From positions 310,001 through 374,000 of the forward strand of contig BQFW01000015.1 in the NCBI GenBank assembly GCA_020891255.1: 64,000 nucleotides of DNA, in the 5' to 3' direction. The DNA is from Entomortierella parvispora E1425. Its lineage: Eukaryota; Fungi; Mortierellomycota. The notes beneath the pieces were generated by a model. The model did no database searches, had not been told where the DNA came from, and saw only the letters and a list, made by a program, of their open reading frames with translations. Below are positions 46,671 through 58,995 of this stretch, one piece after another. A program made the position numbers and the translations under genes. Numbering within the stretch: position 1 is the stretch's first letter; each line of letters begins with the position of its first letter.

Positions 46671-48209
46671 ATGTCCGACAAAAAGGTCGCTTCGACCGCC
46701 GACACCGCCAGACTGGCTAAGGTTTATGCTTCTCCCAGAAATGGCAGCTTCTCCATCCCCGGACTGTCCCTGGGCCAATGGGTCGTCCGCCTGATGCCCG
46801 CCATCGTCTTTGGTCTCTATAGCTACTCCAAGCGTGGTGCCTTCCAGCCCCCCTTCTGCACAGGTCTAGGCATTGGCTGCCCCACAGAGCCCATCCATCT
46901 CTCCGGTCTCTTAGAGCGTCCAGAGTACTATGGTCAGGTAGTCCAGTATTACTCCCAACTCATGACTGAGAATACAGACCTTGGAGGCACGTTCGCGGTT
47001 TTTGTCGAAGGTCAACCTGTGATCGACCTCAATGCAGGCGCCAAGGACCTGGCCCGGACACAGATATACGACAACCGCACCTTGCAGCAGGTCTATTCCT
47101 GCGGAAAGGTCATTGAGGGCATTGTGGTCGCTCGAATGGTCCAGCGGGGCCAATTGAAGTACGAGAGCAAGATCACAGAGTACTGGCCCGAGTTTGGTCA
47201 GAATGGTAAAGAAGAAGTGACCCTTGGGGACCTGGTACGCTACGATTCGGGTGTGCCCGACGTGGAGGACATTGAGGGCCAGGAGCCCTTGTCCTGGTCT
47301 CTCATGCAGAATGAGAAGGCCTTTTCGGACAAGTTGGCGAGACAACGCCACGTATTTGATGGAGAGGACAGGCGTGCGTACCATGCACTCTCGCGCGGTT
47401 GGTACTTGAACGAAATTGTCAAGAGAGCCGACCCGCTCGGCCGAACCATTGGCCAGATTGCTCAAAAGGAACTCATGATCGACTACAAGGATGTTGAACT
47501 CTATTATGGTCCCTTGCCTAATGAATCCGACTGGGAGGAACGACTTTCACCCTGGCACGATTACCCTTTGCTCCGTATCATGGGTCGCTTGATCATTCCC
47601 CATAGACTGCAGACCTCCACACCGTTCGGTAACCCAAAGACCCTTCCCCTGCACCAGATCGTCCTGAATAGCATCTTTGGGACATCCCTCGCGCGTAGTG
47701 TCCTGTCCCCCAAGTTTGCACCAGGCCCTCACTACATGCGCACCAAGGAAGCCCACGCCGTCGAATCGACTTCTTTTTCCTTGAAGACCAACGCCCACTC
47801 ACTTGCAAAGCTAATGTCCATGATGGCCAACAAAGGTCACTCGGTCGAACCTGGTCAGGAACCCGACTTGCTCTCGGACGAAATCTACAACCAGGCCACG
47901 GCCTTTCACTCTGTCAAGAAAGACGAGATCACGGGCGATGTTGCTCCTCTTTCCGTGGGTGGATGGGTCAAGACCCGCTCCTTCTATGGGGATGGGCCAC
48001 TCAAGGGCGTGGAGGTCCAGGGATGGTCCGGCGCCGGTGGCGGGCTAGCTCTCTGGATCGAAGAACTCCAGATCGGGTTCGCCTACGTGACCAATGCCTA
48101 CAACGCCCCCGAGACCCTCCTCGGAGACTTTAGAGGAAATGGTCTCCTGGAACGTGTGGTCTACGCCAGAAAGACTGAACTCGGCCTTTTGCCTGCCAAT
48201 AAGGCGTAA
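46671..48209 (+). CDS. Beta-lactamase-family serine hydrolase (class C/esterase-like), intronless, 512 aa, N-terminal hydrophobic anchor
   Basis: SxxK motif YSCGK at about 47094-47108, YWPEFGQNGKEEVTLGDLVRY, RAYHALSRGWYLNEIV and GWSGAGG. Confidence 0.9.
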   Translation: MSDKKVASTADTARLAKVYASPRNGSFSIPGLSLGQWVVRLMPAIVFGLYSYSKRGAFQPPFCTGLGIGCPTEPIHLSGLLERPEYYGQVVQYYSQLMTENTDLGGTFAVFVEGQPVIDLNAGAKDLARTQIYDNRTLQQVYSCGKVIEGIVVARMVQRGQLKYESKITEYWPEFGQNGKEEVTLGDLVRYDSGVPDVEDIEGQEPLSWSLMQNEKAFSDKLARQRHVFDGEDRRAYHALSRGWYLNEIVKRADPLGRTIGQIAQKELMIDYKDVELYYGPLPNESDWEERLSPWHDYPLLRIMGRLIIPHRLQTSTPFGNPKTLPLHQIVLNSIFGTSLARSVLSPKFAPGPHYMRTKEAHAVESTSFSLKTNAHSLAKLMSMMANKGHSVEPGQEPDLLSDEIYNQATAFHSVKKDEITGDVAPLSVGGWVKTRSFYGDGPLKGVEVQGWSGAGGGLALWIEELQIGFAYVTNAYNAPETLLGDFRGNGLLERVVYARKTELGLLPANKA

Positions 48210-49859
48210 GCAATTGTCACTCCCCCCTCGCTTCAATAAAAATTGCACTTTTTGTAAATGGCTATATACTCCAAAACCAATCCTGACATCAGTTGACATC
48301 ATCCACTCATCTGCCACAGAAGGATTGCGTCCACATCATCTCCAAGTGCTGAGTGTGAAGCTATTTATTCAAATATGGTATATATCTCTCTGGATATGAC
48401 AACTTCAAAGGTCGTGCCCGGCTTCGAAGACTCTTGGAACTTCTAGAACAGCAAGCCGTTAACTCCCAAGGAAGATACAAACCCCAGGAGTCCGGATCCA
48501 TTCCTGCTCCCTATGAAATCACAGGCCTCATTGTACTTCCTTTGCTTCGACGCTGCTACCTCTCCTGCTTATTCCATTGTTTCTCCGCGTGAAATTCTCT
48601 CATTGGACCAATCCTGACGGCTACTTACAAATGCCGTATGAAAAAAAGAAAAAAAAACGCGATTTCAGCCAGAACTCTAAGTCAAAACACGTGCAAAAAG
48701 ACGCGTCTTTCTTTCCTCTTTTACAGACAGCACCTACCCATCCTACAGTCGCGTTCTCCTCTGCCAAGCCTCATCCGAGTCCCGAGTCAAGTTTTTTTTG
48801 TGGCAAACACGTTGTCCTGGCTCGAGAGGCTCGCCATTGGCCGCCTCCAAGCGCAAAGGCCTTCTCCCGAGTCATTTTTTTTTCCTATGTGAGTTTGAAG
48901 ATGCTAGTTATTCGAAGGAATGCATCCAGCCAGGACGTGAATGTAAATGAGCCAGATGATTCCTCTCCTCCGATTGCACTCATTCCACCATTCATCACGC
49001 GTGGCTGCGACCATTCCTCGTCGAGAATCGAAAGAGAGAAGTTGGCTTACAGAGTGCGTCATGGTCGTCATGCTCGGGATTTTTTGCCTTTTTGGGAACG
49101 CCGGGAGGACCTTACAGGCCAACATGGGATTTGTACATGCAAGTGGAAAGAGACAGGGTGTAGAAGGTGGTGGAGGAAGGGAAGGGAACGGAAGGTGAAG
49201 GAAGTAGTTGAGAAAGAAAAAATTTGCATGGGATTTATACGACAGCACCAAAAAAAGGAAAATTGAGCCAGGTCCGTCCCATTTCGTACAAATACGAGCC
49301 CGCGCCCCGTTTCATTTTTTGCTTCTTCATCCAACTCTTCTCTCTCTGCAGAGCACCCTTCACAAGCAAAAGCTTCCTTCACAAGCACAAAGCACCACTG
49401 CAAGGCCCTTCCTCCTCTGCCTGCCTACTTGCCTGCCATGTCGGTCGTCCACTGCCGTCAAGAACTCAAGGCCCCCTGCCTCGGTCCTCATCGCCCTCCT
49501 CGGTGATCAAGCCACTTTCAAGGCCGCCCCTTGCCGCCCCTTGCCTTCAAGACCTCTGGTGCCTTTCATCCTTGGCAACCATGAGCTGCCTTGTCCCTGG
49601 CCTGGCCCTCCTTCTGCGACGACGATTCTTCCTGTCCGTCCGCAAGAACAGCCGCCCTCCATTCGGCTTCATTGGCTCCATTTCGCGTCAAGAACAAAAG
49701 ACATTGGCCCGAGCCCGCCACCAAGAATCTTTCGCGACTGCTCCTCTGCGGTTGCAAGAAAGGAACAAGGTTGTCTACTTGGTCCCTCGGGAGGGTCTAG
49801 AGCTTCTTTGCTGAAGCACTACCCTCTAGATACCATGGGAGTTCCTGGCGTGCTCAAAG

Positions 49860-50740
49860 ATCCCTTTCGGGGGGTCTAGAGCGACTACCTGCGCCTCCTT
49901 TTGCCGTTGCTGACATGGTTCTGTACCTGGTTCCTCGGCGGGTATTGAGCTTCCTCGTTGAAGAACTACCTACATGACACCTTGATGAGTTCCTGGCGTG
50001 CTTCACCTGCGCCTTGCTTCTGCCCTCATTCTTGCTCAGGCCTTCCCTCGTCTGCAAGAACAGCTGGCCCCCTCGGGAGGGTCTTGAGAGACAACCTGTG
50101 CCTCCTTTTGCCGTTGCTGACATGGTTCTGTACCTGGTTCCTCGGCCGGTATTGAGCTTCCTCGTTGAAGAACCACCTGCCTGACACCTTGATGAGTTCC
50201 TGGCGTGCTTCACCTGCGCCTTGCTTCTGCATTCTTGGTCTGGCCTTCCCTCGTTTGCAAGAACAGCTGCCTCCCTCGGGAGGGTCTAGAGCTTCACTAC
50301 CCTCTAGATATATGGAGCGACTACCTGTGCCTCCTTTTGCTGTTGCTGACATGGTTCTGTACCTGGTTCCTCGGCGGGTATTGAGCTTCCTCGTTGAAGA
50401 ACTGCCTGCCTGACACCTTGATGAGTTCCTGGCGTGCTTCACCTGCGCCTTGCTTCTGCATTCTTGGTCTGGCCTTCCCTCGTTTGCAAGAACAGCTGCC
50501 TCCCTCGGGAGGGTCTAGAGCTTCACTACCCTCTAGATATATGGAGCGACTACCTGTGCCTCCTTTTGCTGTTGCTGACATGGTTCTGTACCTGGTTCCT
50601 CGGCGGGTATTGAGCTTCCTCGTTGAAGAACTGCCTGCCTGATACCTTGATGAGTTCCTGGCGTGCTTCACCTGCGCCTTACTTCTGCCTTCGTTCGTGG
50701 TCTGGCCTTCCCTCATCTGCAAGAACAGCTGCCTTCCATT
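49860..50740. repeat. Tandem array of about 4 units (periods 207, 229, 229 bp) with older degenerate homologous flanks
   Basis: cctccttttg(c/t)... anchors at 49894, 50101, 50330 and 50559; units 3 and 4 are nearly identical. Segment 49640-49760 resembles 50720-50840. Confidence 0.93.
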
Positions 50741-51366
50741 CAGCTCATTAGCCTGCCCTCATTCGCGGCCAAGTTCAAGACATTGACCCCGAGCCCTGCC
50801 TTCAAGGAATTTCGCGACTGCTCCACAGCGGTCTGCATGCAGGCCATGGCTCCTTTGTTGGTCGTTCCTCCCTTTCTTTAGTCTAGTAGCATGTGTGGTG
50901 TGTGGGGGGCCGTTTCTGTGGGCGCCAAGGGTATAACGTCTGGTTAGGAGTCAGGGCTCACGCTCTACAGTTGCTTCCTTTGATACCTCACCTTGGGCAA
51001 AGCGCAGAGCGGTGACTAGATAGTTGGGGTTGGGGTTGGATCATTATTCTTCGTCTTTCAAATACACAATGTGTGGCCCTGAAATTAGCTTGTTTGTGCA
51101 GAGCCACGCGAGCTCGAGGTGCATGGTGAACTCATCGCTCATCTCGTTTACATGCGCGCGCATTCCTTTGCATTATTCAACTTTACCCTTCCAATCCTAT
51201 GCAGATGCAGCCTGACCAGACGAGATCAACACTCTCGCTACACTCGAGATTCTCTTCTCCATCGGCCAGTTCCTATCCCGCCATAGTGTGGCCCAGTGTC
51301 TGTTGGTTTGTTACTATTGGCACTTCACGTTAAAATATCACCTCTGGAGAGCAATAGAAGTAACCA

Positions 51367-52166
51367 TGGATAAAAAAACCTCGCCACTGCCTCAAGCTAC
51401 ACAGGCGAATGCTTCCTTTATTTGCAAGCTCACTCTCTGTTATCGAACAGCTTCCGATCCTCAAAAGAAATTTTTTACCCACATCTGGGTGATCTGACCA
51501 TCACAGGTCTTGACCTCGGCGACGAAACTGAGCACAGGGTGTTGACTCTTCACTCGCTGAGTTGATCCAGAGACACGCGGAACGCTCAGGCACGCTCTAT
51601 TGAATACTCGAGTAGGCAAGCCAGTTTTGGAGACTTTGTCTGTCGGATTGTTCGAGATTGGAAAATCTGGTCTTTCCCTCCGCCAGTCTGAACCTTCGAG
51701 TTGACTGGGGTGCATTTTTTCGACCAAAGATCTTGACCTGGGATCTTGACTGCAACCATGGCTGTGGAGTGGTGTCGCACCTTTTCAGGGCCAAATCGGA
51801 TCTGTCATCTCACCGTCGACCCGTCCCATTATGAAAAGGGTGAGCGCCTCCAGGGACTCCGAGCTGGGATAGTGGAAGATTGTCCGATTGATATGGTATC
51901 GCAGAGCTTTCCAAGGACATCGTCCAACGGCGATGCGGAAGCTAGTCAATATCCTCCAGGTCGGCCGGCATTCGAAAGTGGACGACATGAGCATACCTTA
52001 CGACGAATTTGAGGAGGAGGATTTTGGGAACTTGCTAACGTTCATGCGCAGATTGACAGGATTGAATATAAACATGACCAGGTTCGAACCGGCGTGTTGG
52101 GAAATACTGCAGGCGATGCCCTGTCATCTAGGAACGTTGGTGACCTTGGACTTCCACTCCGAATAA
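51367..52166 (+). pseudogene. Degraded F-box/RNI-like gene remnant
   Basis: The terminal fragment FEEEDFGNLLTFMRRLTGLNINMTRFEPACWEILQAMPCHLGTLVTLDF resembles Mortierellaceae RNI-like repeats. Upstream frames are broken by stops. Confidence 0.4.
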
Positions 52167-52466
52167 TAAATAATAAAAAAGACACAGGGCGATGTAGCTT
52201 TTGAGAGTATTATGTACTTTAATAGTGGCCTCTAGGATAATCCTCAAGTCTTGCCTGAAGGAGCCTTCATGTCCTTCTTTTGCAATTTCTCCTGTGGGGA
52301 CTTGATTCCAAGAATTTTGCGAATCTCTTCTGTGCCAACTAGGTCAAACTAGATTTGATATTGCAGCATCCTATTCCGAGTGCTTCGAAGCTCTGTCGGT
52401 CTTTGATAGCTCGCCTCACAGCCGCATCGCTTTAGATGTTGGAACGTGCTGTCGGTTTCTCGGCTG

Positions 52467-53642
52467 CTAGTCTCTTCCTTGTTGTTCACGCGCCGCCTCC
52501 TGAGATTTTTTCTCTGCAAACGCAGCTGCAGTTCGTGCACTGTGTGCTGCCATCCGAGCGTCCCGTTCCTCCAAATCCTGAACCATATAGTGCATGCATA
52601 AAAGATCGAGCAGCTGCAGAATGAATGTGAATAGAGCGCCTGCTGGTGGAACGGATCCTTGTGGGGTAAAGTAGTCGCTGACATCATTGAGAGTAAATAC
52701 AGCCAGCCCTACGCCCTTGACTGTCAAGACGGACCTTAACCTAGGCAGAGCCTGGTGGTAAAGAGCAAAAAGCCCAAACGGGATCGAAATGGCTATGAAC
52801 AGTATCTGAACAATATCCCATGCTAGAGAGAACAATGTCCCATGCTAGAGAGAGGAAAAGAAAGAGGAAGAAATTATTAATACATTAGAGATAATAAAAA
52901 AAAAAAAAAAAACCCTAAAATTAAAGGCAAATGGCAGGTCTTACCGGGTGCGTTGAAAGCATTGGTGTCAAGCCATTGAAAAGATTTGAGGAACATCCAG
53001 GTTTCGAGGATGGCAACGACCATTCTCGGCCAGGATTGGACTCTCGTCAGCTGTCGCCTTTCGTCAGTGGGTATGGATGCAATTGTCTCCTCTGGATTTA
53101 CAGGCGATGGCTGTTGATGGCGTTGTTGCTCCAGAGCCATCTTTTCTTCCAACTTCAACTCGTCCAGAGTCATTTTCAAGCTCCACCCGACAACGATGGG
53201 GCTTAAAAACAAGAGGTTGGCTGGAATTGATCCCCTACCGATCGTGAGTTGATCCTTTTTCGCGAGGTCTGGTCGTGAGCTCATCAGATTCAAGTTGTAG
53301 AACAAGATGGAGCCGTTGAGAAAACATTCCACAAAGAATATCTTGAACGCCCTCTGAGTAGCATTCAATGACTGGTGCACCATCCCTGACGCACGTTGAA
53401 GTCTAATGAGGATAAAGAGCAAATAAAAAAAGGCCGAAATTGCATCTCCTTTTTCGCCTGCTAAAAATCAAAAAAAAAAAAATCAAAAAAAAGGAGAATG
53501 ATTGAATATCACGATATCCTTGAGTGGCATGCCCTTTCATACCCGCAGATCTGACACGCAAAAGAAAGAATTCATGGCCAATTTCTGCCATAGAGATCAA
53601 AACAACGGCCATAGTCGGCCATTGGCGGCGAATTTCTTCCAT
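52467..53642 (-). CDS. Multi-exon hypothetical membrane protein; 5' structure unresolved, possibly a pseudogene
   Basis: Exons 53402-52945 and 52822-52467 join in frame (NAPA|WDIVQILFIAIS) with several hydrophobic segments. An upstream exon (about 53642-53500) could not be joined cleanly. Confidence 0.5.
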
Positions 53643-54713
53643 CTTTTCAGACTTTTGCTATATCGATTATGTTCCTCCCAATGTCGTTCTAATCTATTGC
53701 CCTGGTAGTGATAGCGATGGCGGTGGTCGTAGTAATATGTCGATAACGAGATGAGCACGACACCACAGTGAGGGTCAACGATGCACAAGGCGAGCGAAGG
53801 AGGGAATGGTATGTGGCAAAAGAACGAAAGTGACCATCAGCCCAAGAAAAGGCTCATTTCTAAGCCACAGTCAGAGGCAAATCCAGGGACAAACCAAATT
53901 CATCCGTTGTCCTTCATTACCTGGAAAATGCCGCGAATCCATGTCGACTCATTAGATCTCGGTGCAATTAAACCAGCAACGGACTTTTTTCCACTGGATA
54001 TCTTGTGACGTTAAACCACCATTCAATGGGTTCTGCCCTAAAGCCCGGTCCCGCCATTCGTCCCATCAACGCTGTAAGACACGGACAACTATGGCGAACC
54101 CCTCGATCCTATTCAAATTGGAGGACTGCTCTCACGCAAGCGATATTAAACGTTTGCGGAGACACTATAGGAGAGGCTTCCACCCATTCACGATGGCACG
54201 CGACGTTGCATATCAAATGAAGTTAAGAGTTCTATTGTTGTATTGCGCGATGGAAACGTCAGCACCACAGTGGAGACCATGGACGTCCCTCAGTAATGGC
54301 TTTAATGCCATCTGCCGTTCAAGGAAGGCAGCGACTACAATGAAAGGACGAAGTCAACCACAGAAAACTCGCAGCGCATCATCGTGTCAGCAAATAAATC
54401 GTGCGCCACCAAAACAAAATCAAGATCGTCCAGGCCCTCTTTCAACCACATGTCATATTTGGGAGCTGAGGATGGTCAAGCAACTAAAACAATGCCAAAA
54501 GGTCGGGCTAATTCAATGTGGAGAATCAATATTGAGTTAATTCTCAGAGCTGATTGGCTTCAGGAAGCGGGCCTATTTTGATGGTGGTCCAGAGCCCTCT
54601 TTTTGCCCTCAAATAATCATTCGCTTGCTCTCTCTTTTTTTTTTTTAATTTTGTTTGTTCATCCCCTGCACCCTTCCCTCACCTCCATCCAAATCTCGTA
54701 AGGAAAAATAACA

Positions 54714-56592
54714 ATGTCCTCAGGGGATGGTGCCAGTTTGTCCTCGTTACGATGGAGGGACAAGCCAAGGATCTTCATTGTAGGCGCCGGTCTGGGCGGT
54801 TTGATGATGGCCATCCTGCTCGAGCGAGCAGGGGCCGATTATTACATATATGAACGCCATCATGAATTCCGTGCTATTGGCAGCGCCACGGGCATGTGGA
54901 CCAACATCCTTCCTCTCTTTGAACAGCTTGGATTGTTGGAAAAGCTGATGTCGATTTCTAAGGAACAGATCGACCTTAGCATCTTTGACGGACAAATGAA
55001 CCAGATTGGACACATGGACCTCCGTGACCATATTGACCTGTAAGATGACCCTTGTCTTTGGTCTTGGTTACAATGATTCATAACAGATGCATGGCGATGG
55101 TCGTACCTTATTGATTTTTTGAGTTTTTGCATTCTGGCTTGGGTAGGACAGGCTATCGGCCCCTTTGCATGTACCGAAAAGACCTTCACCAACTTCTCTT
55201 GAATGAGGTTCCAAAGGAGCGGATTCGATTGGGAAGAAAAGTTCTTTCCATCTTGCAAAACCAGGAGGGTGTAATGATCCGCTGCTCCAACAACAAGACC
55301 TACCATGGCGACATCTTGATCGGAGCTGGTAAATGACTAAACAACTGTGCATGGGTGAAGGATGGTCTATCCTCCGTGACAGATGGATGGAGCGATTAAC
55401 CCGGGCGTATGTTTTTTATTTAGATGGGGCATACTCAGGAGTAAGGCAAAGTCTTTTTAAGCAGCTCAAGGAGTCAGGGAAACTCTGTAAAGCCGACGGC
55501 GCACAGCTCAAAGTCCATCACATGAGTATCCTTGGCACAACGGGACCATTGGACCCTATCAAATACCCAAGGGTGCACGAAGAGTATGGTCGTACTGGCA
55601 TTTTCATCGGAGACAACTCCAGGCACACGGTAACACAGACAAGAGACAATCATCCTCACATGTTGCGCACTAGTCAACGTGCATACAACGTCCTAACCCA
55701 TTTCCCAATTCTTCATTTGTGCAAACAGTGGCGGTACTTTGTTATTCCAGATGGAAGGGTATGTTGGAGAATCGATACTCAACTCGAGTCGACTGTCTTT
55801 GAAGAGAGCGAGAGCTTTCGTGTGTCTGACTGGGATGCAGACGCCATCAAAGTCGACTCCGAACTCTGGCAACACTGCATGACGGACCTTGGAGCTTCTA
55901 TCGGGGACTTGATCAATCTCACGCCACCTCAAGCTGTAACCAAAGTCATGCTTGAAGAAAGGCTCTTCGAGACTTGGTTCTATTGCCGCACAGTGTTGAT
56001 CGGCGACTCTTGCCACAAGATGCTCCCCAACGCAGGACGCGGTGCGATCAATGCGATGCAGGATGCCATCTCGCTGGCGAATGCTATTTACGACATGGAG
56101 GACTCGTCACCGGCGAGTATAACAAAGGCCTTCAAGGCCTATCACAACGAGAGATACCCCCATGCTGTCCAGGATTTTGCATCGAGTACGCAAATGGCCA
56201 AGGTTTTGGCTGGTCAGGTAAGCTTTTTAGGTTTTTCTTTTTTGATGGGGCTCTCTGTGGGTCATTGCGGGCTAACTGTCCTCTTCTCTTGGGGGTGACA
56301 CTAAACCGATCTCTACTGTACTTTCTATGCTCACATGCATGCATGACAGAACTGGATAGATTCGGTGACTAGGAAGGTCGTCTTGAATTACATGCCCAAG
56401 TGGCTCAGCAAAAAGACGACCATCAAAAGCATGCGGTACCGCCCTCAGTTGTCATACCTCGCTCAGATTGAGTCCCGGGGGTCTGTTGAAGCGCTGCCAT
56501 TGAAGGTGTCCAAGCGCTATCTGGCAGAACAAGCGGCAAAGTCCCACGCCGCCAGCAAGAGCGCAGAGGTCGAGCCAAAAACAACACAATAA
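54714..56592 (+). CDS. FAD-dependent monooxygenase (group A flavoprotein hydroxylase, salicylate hydroxylase/zeaxanthin epoxidase-like), about 481 aa
   Basis: Exons 54714-55039, 55147-55328, 55424-55629, 55729-56217 and 56350-56592. Motifs GAGLGG, ILIGADGAYSGVR and VLIGDSCHKMLPNAGRGAINAMQDA. Confidence 0.93.
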
Positions 56593-56698
56593 ACAAATGA
56601 CAGTTCACGAGTCTGGGTCCCTATGGTTGCATGAGGACAAGCTTTATGTGAGCCCTTTCATTTCTGGATGGTGAAATGAAGGAATCGGGTGTATCTGT

Positions 56699-56730
<32 letters not shown>

Positions 56731-56944
56731 GGCGAAGTGTTTTTTATTTTGAGCATGATCACTTCCGCCACTGCCGATGGGGCTCATCTGCAACCAGCAC
56801 CCTCGTTTTTTTCATTTCTTGCGCTCTTTCATTTTTTCATTCTTTTCTTCTTTCCCCTCTTTTCTGGCCCTCCCGCTCTCTTCATCTCCCCCCTCTATCA
56901 AGGCGATACCTCAACTGAAAGCAAAACGATCAGGAAAAAATAGT

Positions 56945-58121
56945 ATGGCGTCTTCATCTTCTACACCTAAGGTTCTCATCGCAGGTGCTGGTCTCGGTGG
57001 ACTAGTCCTGGCCATTCTCCTCAATCGAGCTGGGATCCCATACCATGTGTACGAGCGTCAGACAGAGTTCAAGGTTCTCGGGAGTGCGATCGGGTTCTGG
57101 ACGAACATCCTGCCTCTCTTTGAACAACTTGGGTTGCTGGACAAACTCATGGCCATCTCCAAGGAGTCCTTTGTAATCGACATATTTGACGGCGGGGACA
57201 TGAGCCTCATCGGGAGCATCGATGTCACTGATCACAAAGAGATGTAAGAAGCCAAAAAAAAAAAAAAAAAAAAAAAATCATCCTCACAAAAGATCCGCCC
57301 ATCCTGGGGTGGTGCGTTTACGCGAACTAATGATTTGACCCCTTCTTCCTCTCCCCCTTCATTATAAGGTCTGGATATCAACCCTTGTCCATGTATCGAC
57401 GGCAACTCCATCAATTTCTCTTGGATGAAGTTCCTCGTGACAAGATTAGCATGGGCAAGAAGATTGTGGCGGTTGAACAGGATGAAGAGCGGGTTGTTAT
57501 TCAGTGCTCCGATGGTCTGAGTCATGAAGGATCTATCCTCGTCGGTGCAGATGGTGCTTACAGTGGCGTTCGGTCAAGCATGCATGCGCTCTTGCAGCGA
57601 GAAGGCAAGCTCTCGGCCTCTGACGCTGCCCCTTTGAAGGTGCACCATCGAAGCATCCTAGGAACTACGGGACCCTTGGATAAAGCAAAGTTCCCCGGAG
57701 CCCATGACAAGGTTGCATACACTGGCATATTTATTGGCAAAAACTCGACCCACACTGTACGACAAACAACTTGACAGACGAGGAGATCACTGCTCCGACC
57801 TTGTTCCTCACTTTTTGACAAATTTTTTCTTCTTTTATTTGCCAGTGGCGCTATTTTTCGGTTGTCGGCAACAGGATCGCCTGGAGAATTGACACCCAGC
57901 TGGATATGGCTCAGTCAGATGAGGCAGAGTCACGGACTGTCTCTGAATGGGATTCAGAGTTCCAACCGGATGCTGATCTCTGGCGGAAGTATCGTACCAA
58001 CCTAGGCGGCTCTATGGGAGATTTAATCGATCTGACAGATCCGGAGACCATCTCCAAGGTCATGTTGGAGCAAAAGCTGTTTGACACATGGAGTGGAGTG
58101 ATAGAGGTTGGAGTGTGGTGA
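56945..58121 (+). pseudogene. Second FAD monooxygenase paralog, truncated just before the GD motif
   Basis: Exons 56945-57243, 57369-57756 and 57846-. Motifs GAGLGG and LVGADGAYSGVR. Homology to copy 1 ends at KLFDTWSG (about 58096), followed by a stop at 58119-58121. No GD motif or C-terminus was found downstream. Confidence 0.82.
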
Positions 58122-58964
58122 CAGGATCATTGAAGCTGTAGACACGCGTTGCAGCGCTTCTGTTGCAAGTTACACTTTACGCTTATCGAATTGCTGGCTA
58201 TGCTGGGCACCTTCAAGAAAATTACCGTGACATTCACCGAGCCAGAGACCTGGGATCTCAAGGAATGGGCCTTCTATTCTGAATTCATTGTCTCATTACG
58301 AAGGGCAGGTAATGCCAGAGAATCTGTAATGCATATCGCTTTCACGAGAGTCAAAGATGTCTCTAATTCTTCCAATTGTCGATAGCTAGCATGGCTACCC
58401 GAAATCAGCCAAGACTCAAGATGGCTGACCTAACTGTCTAGAGGACATTCCACCCAATTTCATCTTTGATTTAACAAAGGAGAACGCTTCAATATTTCCA
58501 AGGATCGCCGCCCACATCGGATTGCCATCCCCGAATTTGCTCTCAGCGTTTTTGACGATGACACTGGTGAATTCGTTGGATTTCAGAACTACACTGACAA
58601 GGAGAGAAGATACGGTCCACGGGGGCGTGCTCTAAGTGTTGGACGGTTCCCCCATACCCTGACGATAAGCCTATATTGTGGTCGTGGAAAGGACAAATGG
58701 TCCAGGAATGGAGCCATCGGCGCGCTCCCCTCATGCGTAAACCGATTTGTTGCTAAATTCACGAAATGAGACTACCCTACGATGACGAAGAGCTCGATCA
58801 ACTGCAGAAGATTACTCTCAGGAATTAGCAGGAGAGAGGACTTTCAGGAGATTGAGATTCCTTAACCGGCATGTACTCTTTGCCGCGCGACAACAAAGAT
58901 ATCAGCGAAGACTGAGAACGACTTTCTCTTCATTAGACCATGGTCTAACGTCCTTTCTTCATCC

Positions 58965-58995
<31 letters not shown>

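Noticed and set aside
48577-49879. ORFs of 229 and 223 aa
   Set aside because: Low-complexity, non-ATG or poly-A-derived, with no protein-like features.
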